From assembly GCA_965217895.1 (NCBI GenBank), contig CBDCJV010000002.1, forward strand, positions 640,001 to 704,000: a DNA stretch of 64,000 bases. The letters run 5' to 3'. The stretch comes from Waterburya sp. Lineage in GTDB: Bacteria > Cyanobacteriota > Cyanobacteriia > Cyanobacteriales > Xenococcaceae. Position numbers and translations under genes: made by a program. A model generated the notes under the pieces. That model had not been told where the DNA came from and made no database searches. It was given only the letters and a program-made list of their open reading frames with translations. Within the stretch, counting starts at the first letter, position 1. Each line of letters begins with the position of its first letter. This document shows, piece by piece, positions 41,184-51,610 of the stretch.

Positions 41184-41288
41184 ATGATAGACAAGTCTAG
41201 TTAACCGTTCGTAGGTAATAAGTAATAGGTAATAGGTAATAGGTAATAGGTAATCAGTGTCCTAACTGTTGTTTGAATCTAAGCTATT
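41165..41288. mobile_element. MITE of the same family as 22653, carrying TAGGTAA heptamers
   Basis: Left end TATAGCCGTACAAAGTTA identical to 22653; right part TGTCCTAA..GCTATT. Confidence 0.6.
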
Positions 41289-41642
41289 AGGCAAAAGCCA
41301 TTTTATCAGCTTGGCTACTAGCCAACCAGAAATTAAACCTATAACGTTAGCTAGCAAATCTTGAAATTCGCGGTAGCGGTTGACATATGGTTGCAACAAC
41401 TCAATAACGCCACTCTAACAAACGAAAAAAACGCCAATTATGAGCCAATATTTAGGTTTCCTTAACGCCGTAGGCAACATTAATACTCCATAAGCAATAA
41501 AATGGTGAATCTTATCACTACCAGGTACAGCAGGCAGTTGTGATAGTGGTCGAAGAGATAAAACAGTGATGAGGCTCAGGATTAAAAGCGTGGTAGATAT
41601 CCAGTATCTTCTAATAAAGTTTAATAGTGCAATCATTAGCAA
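41262..41642 (-). pseudogene. VanZ family protein interrupted by a single TAG
   Basis: DKIHHFIAY before the stop at 41415-41417; the frame continues SGVIELLQPYVNRYREFQDLLAN. Confidence 0.8.
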
Positions 41643-41805
41643 TAAACTCGGAATCTAATTTAAACAAGTTTCAAGAGTAACATTCGGACTGCTAGAGACA
41701 GTCTATTAATACTTTTTCTGTTGGATTTTGTCAGGGTTCATTTTTGATAGATAATTACAGTAACAACTGCTTTAACTGCTCTAACTGCTCTAACTATATA
41801 CTTTC

Positions 41806-43011
41806 ATGACCACTACACCTCTTACCTGGCAACAGCTATCAGAACTTACAGATTTCAAGCTAGATACGGTTAACGGCTTGACTAATTCTCAAGCTACCCT
41901 GCGTCTATTTGGTCAGACAGAAGCGGATATTCGCGTCACTTTATATCGGGATAATCATGCCTGGTGTCCTTACTGCCAAAAGATTTGGCTGTGGCTAGAA
42001 GAAAAGCGCATACCTTACCGCATCAAAAAGGTAACTATGTTTTGTTATGGCAAAAAAGAAAGCTGGTATAAACAGCGAGTACCATCGGGAATGTTACCTG
42101 CTCTTGAACTAGACGGACAAATGATTACCGAAAGCGATGATATTCTAATTGCTTTAGAACAAGCTTTTGGAGTTTTGTATTTGGGTATGCAAGATCCAAA
42201 GGTGTTGCCGTTAAGACGTTTGGAAAGATTATTATTTAGAGCCTGGTGTAGTTGGCTATGTCAGCGAGCTATATTTCCTGGACAAGAAAAAAACAGCCGT
42301 CAACAATTTATTGAAGCAATTGGTCTAGTAGAGGAAGCTCTAGCCAACACTCCATCTCCATACTTTTTAGCAGAGTTTAGTACTGCCGACGTAATTTTTA
42401 CTCCTTATGTAGAAAGAATGAATGCCAGTCTTTACTACTATAAAGGCTATTCCATCAGAGATGAAAATCCGCGTATGTCTGCGTGGTTTGAGGCAATGGA
42501 AAGCCGAACTACCTACCGTGGTACGCAAAGTGATTTTCATACCCATGTTCATGACCTACCGCCACAGATGGGAGGATGTTATGCTAACGGTGAACTGCAA
42601 ACTCTGCTTAACCAAGAAAAAGTAGACCGTGGTTCTTGGTTTGGACTACCTGATGTGACTTACTCTGAACCTGAAACTTCAAGGGCTGAAGCTTTGCAAC
42701 GAGTAATCAAACATCGTCATAATATTCTCAAAGTCAATCCTGCTGACGATCTCCTGTTTGATGAGGCTCTGCGATGTGCTTTGACCAACATGATGACAGG
42801 GACAACCTGCACTCCACCTTTAGGCTCGGATCTAGCTTTAAGATACCTAAGAGATAGAATCAATGTCCCTAGAGATATGTCTATCTATGCTGCCAAAAGA
42901 CTGCGAGAAGCATTAGAAAGTACCGCTGCCTTAGTAGGCGATCGCCAGTCAGACCCCCTTCCCGTTAAGCATCGTTACGATCAAAACCCTGTTAATTTTG
43001 CTTTTAGCTAA
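41806..43011 (+). CDS. Glutathione S-transferase family protein
   Basis: [23 protein letters not shown]. Confidence 0.9.
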   Translation: MTTTPLTWQQLSELTDFKLDTVNGLTNSQATLRLFGQTEADIRVTLYRDNHAWCPYCQKIWLWLEEKRIPYRIKKVTMFCYGKKESWYKQRVPSGMLPALELDGQMITESDDILIALEQAFGVLYLGMQDPKVLPLRRLERLLFRAWCSWLCQRAIFPGQEKNSRQQFIEAIGLVEEALANTPSPYFLAEFSTADVIFTPYVERMNASLYYYKGYSIRDENPRMSAWFEAMESRTTYRGTQSDFHTHVHDLPPQMGGCYANGELQTLLNQEKVDRGSWFGLPDVTYSEPETSRAEALQRVIKHRHNILKVNPADDLLFDEALRCALTNMMTGTTCTPPLGSDLALRYLRDRINVPRDMSIYAAKRLREALESTAALVGDRQSDPLPVKHRYDQNPVNFAFS

Positions 43012-43193
43012 ATTTTGTAAGCGTGGAGAACAAATAAATAAATTTAATTTTCATACCCCTTAAAAGTCTTCTTTCTCTGACAATTTAAGCAAAAATGTAA
43101 AGAAAAGTGCCAGGATATCAGAAAAATCCAAGAGACTTTGAGACACTATAGTTTAGTTTATTGGGCGCGGAACAGAACTTGGGTTTGAACGAA

Positions 43194-44354
43194 ATGAAAC
43201 TATCAGCAAGAGTAAATCAAGTATCACCATCTCTTACCTTGGCAATTGCTGCCAAAGCTAAAGCTATGCAAGCTAAAGGCATAGATGTCTGTAGCTTTAG
43301 TGCAGGAGAACCAGATTTTCCGACACCGCAGCATATTTGCGAAGCTGCTAAAACTGCCTTGGATGAAGGCAAAACTCGCTATGGTGCTGCGGTAGGGGAG
43401 TTGAGGCTGAGAGAAGCGATCGCCAATAAACTCAAAAAAGACAATAATCTTAATTACGAAGCGGACAATATTATTGTTACCAACGGCGGCAAGTTTTCTT
43501 TGTTTAACCTGATGCAGGTGTTAATTGAGCCAGGAGATGAGGTAATTATTCCTGCACCTTATTGGTTGAGCTATCCAGAGATGGTTAAGCTGGCTGGTGG
43601 TACGCCAGTTATTGTCGAAACTTTAGCCGAGAATGATTATAAAATTACCATAGAGCAGCTAGAGCAGGCTATTACGCCCAATACTAAGCTGTTTGTGTTT
43701 AATTCGCCTTCTAACCCTACGGGGACAGTTTACGCACCCGATGAAGTTCGCGCCATAGCTAAGATAATCGTTGAGCGAGATATCTTAGTGGTTTCGGATG
43801 AGATCTACGAAAAGATTCTTTATGATGATGCTCAACATCTAAGTATTGGTTCAATAGATGAAGAAATATTTAGTCGCACCATTACCAGTAGTGGTTTTGC
43901 CAAAAGCCATTCCATGACTGGCTGGCGGGTAGGTTACGCAGCAGCACCGATAGAAATCCTCAAGGGCATGGCTAAAATTCAAGGGCATAGTACCTCTAAT
44001 GTTTGTACCTTTGCCCAATATGGCGCGATCGCAGCATTAGAATCATCTCAAGAATGTGTGCAAGAGATGCTTACAGCTTTTGCTCAACGTAGGAGCTTTA
44101 TGTATGAGGCAGTTAATGCAATTCCTGGCTTAAGCTGCCCCAAACCTTTTGGTGCATTCTATCTCTTTGTAGATATCTCCAAGACTGGTAAAAAATCCCT
44201 CGATTTTTGTAATCAGCTGTTAGAAACTAAACAGATGGCTGCTATTCCTGGTGTGGCATTTGGTATGGATGATTGTATCCGCTTTTCCTATGCTACAGAT
44301 ATGGACACGATTAAAGAGGGAATTAAAAGATTAACTGAGTTTGTTGATAGTTAA
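43194..44354 (+). CDS. aspC: PLP-dependent class I/II (aspartate) aminotransferase
   Basis: [30 protein letters not shown]. Confidence 0.88.
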   Translation: MKLSARVNQVSPSLTLAIAAKAKAMQAKGIDVCSFSAGEPDFPTPQHICEAAKTALDEGKTRYGAAVGELRLREAIANKLKKDNNLNYEADNIIVTNGGKFSLFNLMQVLIEPGDEVIIPAPYWLSYPEMVKLAGGTPVIVETLAENDYKITIEQLEQAITPNTKLFVFNSPSNPTGTVYAPDEVRAIAKIIVERDILVVSDEIYEKILYDDAQHLSIGSIDEEIFSRTITSSGFAKSHSMTGWRVGYAAAPIEILKGMAKIQGHSTSNVCTFAQYGAIAALESSQECVQEMLTAFAQRRSFMYEAVNAIPGLSCPKPFGAFYLFVDISKTGKKSLDFCNQLLETKQMAAIPGVAFGMDDCIRFSYATDMDTIKEGIKRLTEFVDS

Positions 44355-44370
44355 AATAGCTGGTTGATTT

Positions 44371-45255
44371 TTAAGCTTGAAATAAATTAGCTACTGCTTG
44401 CTCGATATTTTCTTGCTTGACTAAGGATTCCCCAATTAAAACTGCTTTTGCACCTGCTGCTTTAACGGTGTTTAAATCTTCTGGGGTATGTAAACCAGAT
44501 TCACTTACGACTAAAATACCCCGCTGTTCGAGCGTTTCTTTTCTAGCTGCCAAAATATCCCTAGTAGTCTGGAGGCTAACGGAAAAATCTTCTAGGTTGC
44601 GGTTATTGATCCCAATTAATTCTACCCCCTTAACTGCCAGCACTCGATCTAACTCTTCTAGAGTATGTACTTCAATTAAAGGAGTCATACCCAAAGCTTT
44701 GGTTATTTTGACAAAGTAATTCAAATCTTTATCTTCTAACACCGCAGCAATTAAGAGTATGGCATCGGCACCTTTAGCGCGAGCGAAATAGATCTGATAT
44801 GGATAAATAATAAACTCTTTGCACAACAGAGGTAAGTCTACTTCTTGTCTGATTAAATTCAAATTATCAAAGCTTCCCTGAAAGAATTTTTGATCGGTTA
44901 AGACAGATAAACAGCTTGCACCCGCTTTTTCATAAGCCTTGGCGATCGCCACTGGGTTAAAGTCTTCTCTAATTACTCCTTTAGAAGGCGAGGCTTTCTT
45001 AACTTCGGCAATTAAGGCAGGGTTGTTTTTACCGTTGCGTAAAGCAGCTAAAAAGTCTTGAGCAGGAGGAGCATCATTTACCTGCTGCTGCAACTGAATT
45101 AAAGGCAGGCGATCGCGCATCTGTTCAACTTCAACTTCTTTATGCCAAACTATCTCTTCTAAGATATTATTTGGTTCAGCATTAGGAATCTTTGATTGAT
45201 ATACCACTTCTCCTGACTTGACTTTGGGGTTAGGATTTCTACGTCTAATCTGCAT
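44371..45255 (-). CDS. trpC: Indole-3-glycerol phosphate synthase
   Basis: [30 protein letters not shown]. Confidence 0.96.
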   Translation of the reverse strand: MQIRRRNPNPKVKSGEVVYQSKIPNAEPNNILEEIVWHKEVEVEQMRDRLPLIQLQQQVNDAPPAQDFLAALRNGKNNPALIAEVKKASPSKGVIREDFNPVAIAKAYEKAGASCLSVLTDQKFFQGSFDNLNLIRQEVDLPLLCKEFIIYPYQIYFARAKGADAILLIAAVLEDKDLNYFVKITKALGMTPLIEVHTLEELDRVLAVKGVELIGINNRNLEDFSVSLQTTRDILAARKETLEQRGILVVSESGLHTPEDLNTVKAAGAKAVLIGESLVKQENIEQAVANLFQA

Positions 45256-45587
45256 TATCTAATTGTTACTGGAATAATCAATCTTTTATCTTAGGTTAAA
45301 ACAGTCCAAGATAAATCAAACTATAGTGGTTTTCATTCATTCTAAGAGAACATCTAAAAAGCTGTTTTTTTCAAAAAATCAAAATGATATTCGTTAATAG
45401 CTAAGGGAATAATGAGGTTTTCAAGTCTGGCGATCGCTAGATGATTTGCTTAGATCTTAATGCAGGTTTCTCAAGAAATTCTTGTGAATTTTAAATGTTT
45501 TGCAATTTAATTAAAAGTAGAATATGATTATTTTCAAATTTAGAAAACAAAGTTACTGGAGTTGTCTTAGAGATAAATCTAAAAATT

Positions 45588-47378
45588 ATGACTATTTTTC
45601 TCATGTTAGGTGTAGTTGTTGTAGCTTTAATCTGTTTTATTACTGAATTGCTACCTGTGGATATTACTGCTTTGTGTGTAGCGGTAGTATTAATTGTTTT
45701 AGGGCTAGTTACTCCCGATGAAGGCATAGCTGGGTTTGGTAACTCTGCCACAATTACCGTCATGGCAATGTTTATTCTCAGTGCAGGAATTAGTCGTACT
45801 GGAGTAATTCAAGTTTTTCGCGATTTACTCCTTAAGTGGGGTGGCAAAAGTATTACTCGCCAGATCTTAGTTATGGGATTACTTGTCGGTCCCATTTCTG
45901 GGTTTATTAATAACACGGCGGTAGTAGCAATATTTCTGCCGATTGTAGAAGAATGGTGCAGAAAGCGAGGTATATCTCCTTCTAAGCTTTTAATCCCACT
46001 GTCTTTTGTCACTATTTTAGGAGGCATGATTACCCTTATTGGTACATCGACTAATATTCTTGCCAGCGGTATTTCTAAAGATTTGGGATACGGAGAATTT
46101 CGTCTGTTCCAGTTTACGGGGTTGGGTATTATTACTTTTTTAGTTGGTTTGGCTTATTTAGCGTTTATTGCTCCCCGTCTATTGCCTAACCGTAAAAATC
46201 CTGCTAGTGATTTAGTTAGTGAGGGCTATGGCTTAGAAGATTATGTTACCGAAGTTGTCGTTACCCCTAGTTCAAAATTAATTGGCAGTACCTTTCGCTC
46301 AGCGCAACTACAGCGCAATTCTCAGGTAGATGTATTAGAAATTATCAGGGACAAAGAGCGTTTACCTCAACCTGTTACAAGCCGAATCATTCGTGCCGAG
46401 GATATTCTCTTGGTGCGGGGAAAAACAGAAAATGTATTACAAATTAAAACAGAGCAAGGATTAGATATTTTACCTGATGTTAAATTCAACCAAAAAAACC
46501 TGGAAACCGAACTAAGTTCAACTGATGAAGGTATTGCTGAGGTTTTAATCTTATCCAACTCTCGTTTAATTGGGACAACCCTCAATGACTTGCGTTTTCG
46601 TCAACGTTATAACCTAACAGTATTAGCTATTCGTCGGGGAGAGGAACTAATTAGAGATAGATTAGGTAAAGTGAGTTTGCGGTTTGGTGACTTGCTGTTA
46701 GTTCAAGGAGCGAAACAAAGTTTACTGGGTTTACAAACCACAAGGGAATTATTGGTTATGGAGCAAAAAGAGCCTGAATCAATCCGTCGTGATAAAGCTT
46801 GGATTGCTATAGGCATTGTCCTTGGAGTTATCCTGCTAGCTGCGTTTGACGTATTGCCAATCTTAGTTAGTGCTTTAGTTGGGGTAGTGCTGATGATTAT
46901 TACGGGCTGTCTTAAGCCTGGAGAACTTTATGGCGCAGTGCGTTGGGACGTAATTTTTCTCTTGGCAGGATTAATTCCTTTAGGTACGGCGATGGAAAAC
47001 TCTGGCGCAACTAAATGGCTGGCAGATAATATTTTGGCTGTTGGTGGCAACTTAAGCGGCTACTGGATATTACTGTTTTTCTTTGTAATTACTTCTTTGA
47101 TCACAGAGATACTTTCCAACAATGCTTCGGTGGTGCTGTTGATTCCTATTGCTGCCAAAGTAGCTGAATCACTCAACCTCAATCCTATCGCTATGATGTT
47201 TGCCGTTACCTTCGCAGCTTCTAATAGCTTTATGACTCCGATCGGCTATCAGACAAATACAATGGTTTATACTCCTGGTGGTTATAAGTTTTGGGACTTT
47301 TTCCGAGTTGGCGCACCTTTAAACTTAATTATGGCAATTGTCACGCCTTTACTAATCATGTCGTTATACGGACTGTAA
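45588..47378 (+). CDS. SLC13/DASS permease with two TrkA-C (RCK_C) domains
   Basis: SGFINNT, TLIGTSTN, cytoplasmic RCK_C repeats, TPIGYQTN.MV. Confidence 0.9.
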   Translation: MTIFLMLGVVVVALICFITELLPVDITALCVAVVLIVLGLVTPDEGIAGFGNSATITVMAMFILSAGISRTGVIQVFRDLLLKWGGKSITRQILVMGLLVGPISGFINNTAVVAIFLPIVEEWCRKRGISPSKLLIPLSFVTILGGMITLIGTSTNILASGISKDLGYGEFRLFQFTGLGIITFLVGLAYLAFIAPRLLPNRKNPASDLVSEGYGLEDYVTEVVVTPSSKLIGSTFRSAQLQRNSQVDVLEIIRDKERLPQPVTSRIIRAEDILLVRGKTENVLQIKTEQGLDILPDVKFNQKNLETELSSTDEGIAEVLILSNSRLIGTTLNDLRFRQRYNLTVLAIRRGEELIRDRLGKVSLRFGDLLLVQGAKQSLLGLQTTRELLVMEQKEPESIRRDKAWIAIGIVLGVILLAAFDVLPILVSALVGVVLMIITGCLKPGELYGAVRWDVIFLLAGLIPLGTAMENSGATKWLADNILAVGGNLSGYWILLFFFVITSLITEILSNNASVVLLIPIAAKVAESLNLNPIAMMFAVTFAASNSFMTPIGYQTNTMVYTPGGYKFWDFFRVGAPLNLIMAIVTPLLIMSLYGL

Positions 47379-47482
47379 TTAGGTGATGTCTGCTTCAAAG
47401 ACTTGTCAAAATTGACATATTGTTGGCACAACATATTCATATTAATTGTTTATCTTGATCGAGAACAAAAACCAGAGTTGCC

Positions 47483-47612
47483 AGTCAGCCTAGTTCTGTA
47501 GTCACATACAGAAGCGGGGGAACCAATTTCGGGGCTTATTTCTACGGTAAATAGAAAGGGACATCTCTCAGTCCCAGCCCGTCAGCTAACCTCGTCGGCA
47601 TTGAGAGGAGAT
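47483..47612 (+). ncRNA. c-di-AMP riboswitch (ydaO/yuaA leader)
   Basis: Conserved blocks GCGGGGGAACCA, CGGGG, AGGGA..TCTCA, CCCGTCAGCTAACCTCGTCGGC, TGAGAG in canonical order; stems TTCTGTA/TACAGAA and TTTCTA/TAGAAA. Confidence 0.88.
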
Positions 47613-47687
47613 TGAAGATAGCAATATTTATAATTAGTATTGTTTTCATCACGATCCTTAGTTACCAACTGCTCTCTACATCTAGCT

Positions 47688-47718
47688 GCGATTTGCGTAG
47701 CATAGCCGAAGGTATCGC
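47688..47718. mobile_element. SDR5-like insertion splitting a HIP1 site
   Basis: GCG|ATTTGCGTAGCATAGCCGAAGGT|ATCGC. Confidence 0.55.
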
Positions 47719-47780
47719 CCTTACTTATTTAAAATTGGCGATCGCCTTCAGATAACCAGTTACCAAGGAGACTTATAATT

Positions 47781-48008
47781 ATGTTTAAAATTGACGACCT
47801 TGTTCAACACAAAACCACAGGGAAAATTGGCAAAATAGTCGGTTATGGATGTCGAGAGTGCGATCGCATCTATTTTATGACATTAAAAGTCAAACCTTCA
47901 AAAGGACATTATTTTAAACCACCCATTGAAGACATCATGAGTGAATGGCGTTTTATTCGTGACTGTCCTCAGTCCTCAGCTACTTGCTCAAAGTTTAGGA
48001 CAGCATAA
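47781..48008 (+). CDS. Uncharacterised small beta-barrel (SH3/KOW-like) protein, paralog 1
   Basis: RBS AAGGAG; FKIDDLVQHKTTGKIGKIVGYG...TLKVK. Confidence 0.75.
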   Translation: MFKIDDLVQHKTTGKIGKIVGYGCRECDRIYFMTLKVKPSKGHYFKPPIEDIMSEWRFIRDCPQSSATCSKFRTA

Positions 48009-48115
48009 TCGCGTTGCCTAGAACTAAATTACAGCTACAAGCAATTGTTACTCTTTTTCACAGCAAATATTATTCATTGCAGATCATAATTTTATCTAAG
48101 GAAAATTAACAGCTT

Positions 48116-48373
48116 ATGGTTATAGAAATTGGAGATATTGTTCAACACAGAGCAACTAGTCTTAAAGGCAAAGTAATCGGTTATGGATATCGCCAAGTTG
48201 CCGATAGTTGTTATTTGACCACTCTCAAGGTTGAGCTTCGATCTTATAGTTCTTGCCCTATTCAACCCATAGCAGAAGATTTGTTCGATCAATGGCAAGT
48301 AGATAGACGAATACAAACATTAGCCTGCACTTTGCCTCGTTTTCCTAAAGGTACCTTGTGTGAAGTTGCTTGA
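48116..48373 (+). CDS. Uncharacterised small beta-barrel protein, paralog 2
   Basis: IEIGDIVQHRATSLKGKVIGYG...TLKVE; aligns with paralog 1. Confidence 0.75.
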   Translation: MVIEIGDIVQHRATSLKGKVIGYGYRQVADSCYLTTLKVELRSYSSCPIQPIAEDLFDQWQVDRRIQTLACTLPRFPKGTLCEVA

Positions 48374-48464
48374 AACAAAGCGATTTTTCACGGCAAATAA
48401 TTTTTAAATAGCTGGTCAATTAAAATCTTTGTTTAGTTGGCAAGTCATACCTAACTCAATTTTG

Positions 48465-48498
48465 AGACAGTCAGTATTTTATCTGACTGCCTTTTTTT
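48465..48498 (+). terminator. Probable intrinsic terminator after the two microprotein genes
   Basis: CAGTCAG-N8-CTGACTG followed by CCTTTTTTT. Confidence 0.55.
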
Positions 48499-48524
48499 AG
48501 CGAAGTTATCGCTCGGGAATAATC

Positions 48525-49874
48525 ATGGAAACAACCGCTACCAATTTGCCATCGATAGTGGCAGCCGTTACTTTTGCGACTGTAACTATAGCCATCTTGA
48601 CGGAACGATTACATTTAACTGTTGCTGCATTTTTAGGGGCGTTAGTTTTAATCTTCGCCCACGTCATGACCCTCAATCAGGCGATTGAATATATCAGCCA
48701 GAGTTATGCCACTTTAGCTTTGTTTTTGGGGGTAATGATTCTAGTTAGAGTTTTTGAACCCACAAATATTTTTGCCTATTTAGCCACACAGATGGTGGTA
48801 TTAGCCAAGGGAGATGGTAAACGTCTGGTACTAGGGGTAATTGCCATTACTACACCTATTTGTGCGGTATTACCCAATGCCACTACCGTCATGCTGCTTG
48901 CTCCTCTGATTCCACCTATTGCCCAGGAAATTGGCGTAGATTTTGTACCTTTGCTAATTTTGATGGTTTTTGTGGCAAATAGCGCAGGATTATTAACTTT
49001 GGTGGGCGATCCTGCTACTTTTATTGTGGGAGATGCAGTTAACTTAAGCTTCAATGACTATTTGATGAGGTTGAGTTTGGGTGGCGCGATCGCTGTTGGC
49101 TCAATTTTAATTATGGCTCCCTTTTTGTTCCGTAGTATCTGGAACAAGAAATTGGCAGACATGAATACTTTGCCTCATCCTAAAATTAATCATCCTAGGG
49201 TATTAATGTTGGGGGGATTGCTAATTGTTGTAGTGCTAACTTTTTTTGTGATTGGCGATTCTTTACCAACGCCGATCCCTCCAGCAGCCGTGGCTTTGTT
49301 GGGGGCAGCAGTGGCTTTATTCCTTGCCGATCAAAGCAAAATTGATACAGTCAACAACATTCTCAAGGACATTGACTGGAGTACTTTGTTGTTTTTCATG
49401 TCTACTTTTGTGCTAATTGGCGGACTAGAAAAAACAGGAGTTTTAGACAGCATATCCAGCTTATTGGCAATTATCTTGGGTAAAAATATTGCCTTGGGTT
49501 CCATTGTCTTACTAGTCTTGGTGGGTCTATTATCTAGTATCGTGCCGAATATTCCTTTGGTAGTGGCGATGGTTCCTCTACTCAAGCAATATTTAGTTAA
49601 TGTCGGTTTAGTTGGGGCAGAAGTATTAAGCCCCAATTTTACAGGACAATTACCTCCAGAAGTTTTGCCCTTATTCTATGCCATGATGTTTGGGGCGACA
49701 CTTGGGGGTAACGGTACTTTAATGGGTGCATCTTCTAATATTGTGGCAGCAGGGGTGGCAGAACAACACGGTAGGAGTATATCTTTTAGCAAGTTTTTAA
49801 AATATGGTATTCCTGTAATGTTAGTACAGCTTGTTGTTGCTGCTTTATTTATTGCCGTTGCTTTTCTCTTTTAA
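48525..49874 (+). CDS. ArsB/NhaD/CitM-family ion transporter
   Basis: LPNATTV, TLVGDP, IDWSTLLFF, TLGGNGTLMGASSN. Confidence 0.88.
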   Translation: METTATNLPSIVAAVTFATVTIAILTERLHLTVAAFLGALVLIFAHVMTLNQAIEYISQSYATLALFLGVMILVRVFEPTNIFAYLATQMVVLAKGDGKRLVLGVIAITTPICAVLPNATTVMLLAPLIPPIAQEIGVDFVPLLILMVFVANSAGLLTLVGDPATFIVGDAVNLSFNDYLMRLSLGGAIAVGSILIMAPFLFRSIWNKKLADMNTLPHPKINHPRVLMLGGLLIVVVLTFFVIGDSLPTPIPPAAVALLGAAVALFLADQSKIDTVNNILKDIDWSTLLFFMSTFVLIGGLEKTGVLDSISSLLAIILGKNIALGSIVLLVLVGLLSSIVPNIPLVVAMVPLLKQYLVNVGLVGAEVLSPNFTGQLPPEVLPLFYAMMFGATLGGNGTLMGASSNIVAAGVAEQHGRSISFSKFLKYGIPVMLVQLVVAALFIAVAFLF

Positions 49875-49913
49875 AGAAAATAGGTAAATACTTCTGACTA
49901 AACACTGCTTTCC

Positions 49914-51062
49914 ATGAGCGCAAAATCTTTTCGTTTATTCCATCGTCATAAAAGTTTACCTACCCAGAGTTTATTTAACTACTCTTACAATCAAGTAGGT
50001 AGTCTGCCAGGCACAATCACTGTTGCCAAGCAGGCTTCGACTCCTGAAATAAATTTAATTGACTACAACCACGATAAGCATGAGCGTCTAACCCATTTAA
50101 CTCCAGAAGAATGTGCTATTCATTTAGATACGGAATCGGTATCTTGGGTTGATGTAGGAGGATTGGGAGACAAATCAATCCTGCAAAAACTAGCTCAAAT
50201 ATTTGATTTAAATTCTTTAGTTTTAGAAAGTGTGGTTAATGTGCCTCAACGACCAAAAATAGAAGACTATCAAGAACAGTTGGTCATCATTACTCAAATG
50301 GCTAATCTTAAACCACAAGCAGCGGGATTTTGGCTCGAACAGGTAAGTTTTGTTTTAGGAAAAAATTATGTTTTGACGGTGCAGGAAGAACCAGAAAGAG
50401 ACTGTTTTGAACCAATACGCGATCGCCTAAAACGCGATCGCGGTATTATCAGAAAGCAAAACTCAGATTATTTAACCTATGCTCTTTGGGATGCCATTAT
50501 CGATGGTTATTTTCCCGTGTTAGAAGCTTACGGTGAAAAAATTGAACTATTAGAAGATGAAGTAATTGGACAGCCAAACAACCATACCTTAACCAAAATT
50601 TATCAGACTAGGCGAGAATTACTAATTTTACGTCGGGGAATTTGGTCTCAAAGAGATGCCATAAACACCCTGATAAGAGACGGTCATCCATTAATAGATG
50701 AGCGCGTGCTGATTTATTTTAAAGACTGTTACGATCACACAGTTCAAATTATTGACACGATCGAAACCTATCGAGAATTAGCTTCTGGTTTGATGGATGT
50801 TTACCTATCGGCAGTTAATAACAAAATGAATGAGGTAATGAAAACCTTAACAGTGATTTCTAGTATTTTTATTCCCTTAACCTTTATTGCGGGAATTTAT
50901 GGCATGAACTTTAATACTGATGTTTCTCCCTGGAATATGCCAGAGTTCAACTGGTATTGGGGCTATCCTTGTTGTTTGGGGATTATGGCAGCGATCGCTT
51001 TGTTTCTCATTACTTATTTTTGGCGACGGGGTTGGTTAAAAAACACTTCTACAATTCAATAG
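49914..51062 (+). CDS. corA: Magnesium/cobalt transporter CorA
   Basis: PLTFIAGIYGMNF (GMN), QRPKIE, MPE. Confidence 0.95.
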   Translation: MSAKSFRLFHRHKSLPTQSLFNYSYNQVGSLPGTITVAKQASTPEINLIDYNHDKHERLTHLTPEECAIHLDTESVSWVDVGGLGDKSILQKLAQIFDLNSLVLESVVNVPQRPKIEDYQEQLVIITQMANLKPQAAGFWLEQVSFVLGKNYVLTVQEEPERDCFEPIRDRLKRDRGIIRKQNSDYLTYALWDAIIDGYFPVLEAYGEKIELLEDEVIGQPNNHTLTKIYQTRRELLILRRGIWSQRDAINTLIRDGHPLIDERVLIYFKDCYDHTVQIIDTIETYRELASGLMDVYLSAVNNKMNEVMKTLTVISSIFIPLTFIAGIYGMNFNTDVSPWNMPEFNWYWGYPCCLGIMAAIALFLITYFWRRGWLKNTSTIQ

Positions 51063-51071
51063 GTGTAATTA

Positions 51072-51563
51072 ATGATCGAAGTTCTATTGTGTTTGGTAAT
51101 CCTGTTCTATTCTTGGTTTAATTTTGGAGTGCGATCGGCAATTGCTGGACAAGTTAAATCAGAAGTCTTTCCTGGAACAATTGTCTGTTTTTCAGGTGGT
51201 AGAGAAATCTTACGCAAACAGATGGTTTCAGGACCATTTGCCGATGAGTATAAATTCGCTCACGAAGTCAAGGTAAAAGACGAGACAGGAGAACATAGTT
51301 TGAATTTCGCAGGGGGACTGTGCATCATCGATCGCAGTGTTACATTTGTCCCAAAAGGTTTGACTATGACTGATAAGTTGAGTTGCTATTCTGGAGCTTA
51401 TGACATTGTTACTTTTGAAGTTTATGGCAGAGAAACTACGGTAGATGAATATGTAGAAGGCAGAACTTTTTTGGCAAAAGCGCAAGGCGATGCTTTTAAT
51501 TCAGATTCCATACATGAATATTTAGTGTTTGGCGGTGGGTCTTGTATTGGCAACGAAATTTGA
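51072..51563 (+). CDS. Putative exported hypothetical protein with two Cys-bounded internal repeats
   Basis: Signal-like N-terminus; CFSGG...FAGGLCI and CYSGA...FGGGSCI. Confidence 0.65.
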   Translation: MIEVLLCLVILFYSWFNFGVRSAIAGQVKSEVFPGTIVCFSGGREILRKQMVSGPFADEYKFAHEVKVKDETGEHSLNFAGGLCIIDRSVTFVPKGLTMTDKLSCYSGAYDIVTFEVYGRETTVDEYVEGRTFLAKAQGDAFNSDSIHEYLVFGGGSCIGNEI

Positions 51564-51610
51564 CAATATAAATAGTAGATTTATACTTTTTTATCTTATT
51601 ACTGACAAAT

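Noticed and set aside
47393..47445. Fifth copy of the direct-repeat promoter box, or a TTGACA promoter, upstream of the riboswitch
   Set aside because: Half-sites are degenerate and no TAnnnT lies at the 11-nt or 17-nt spacing
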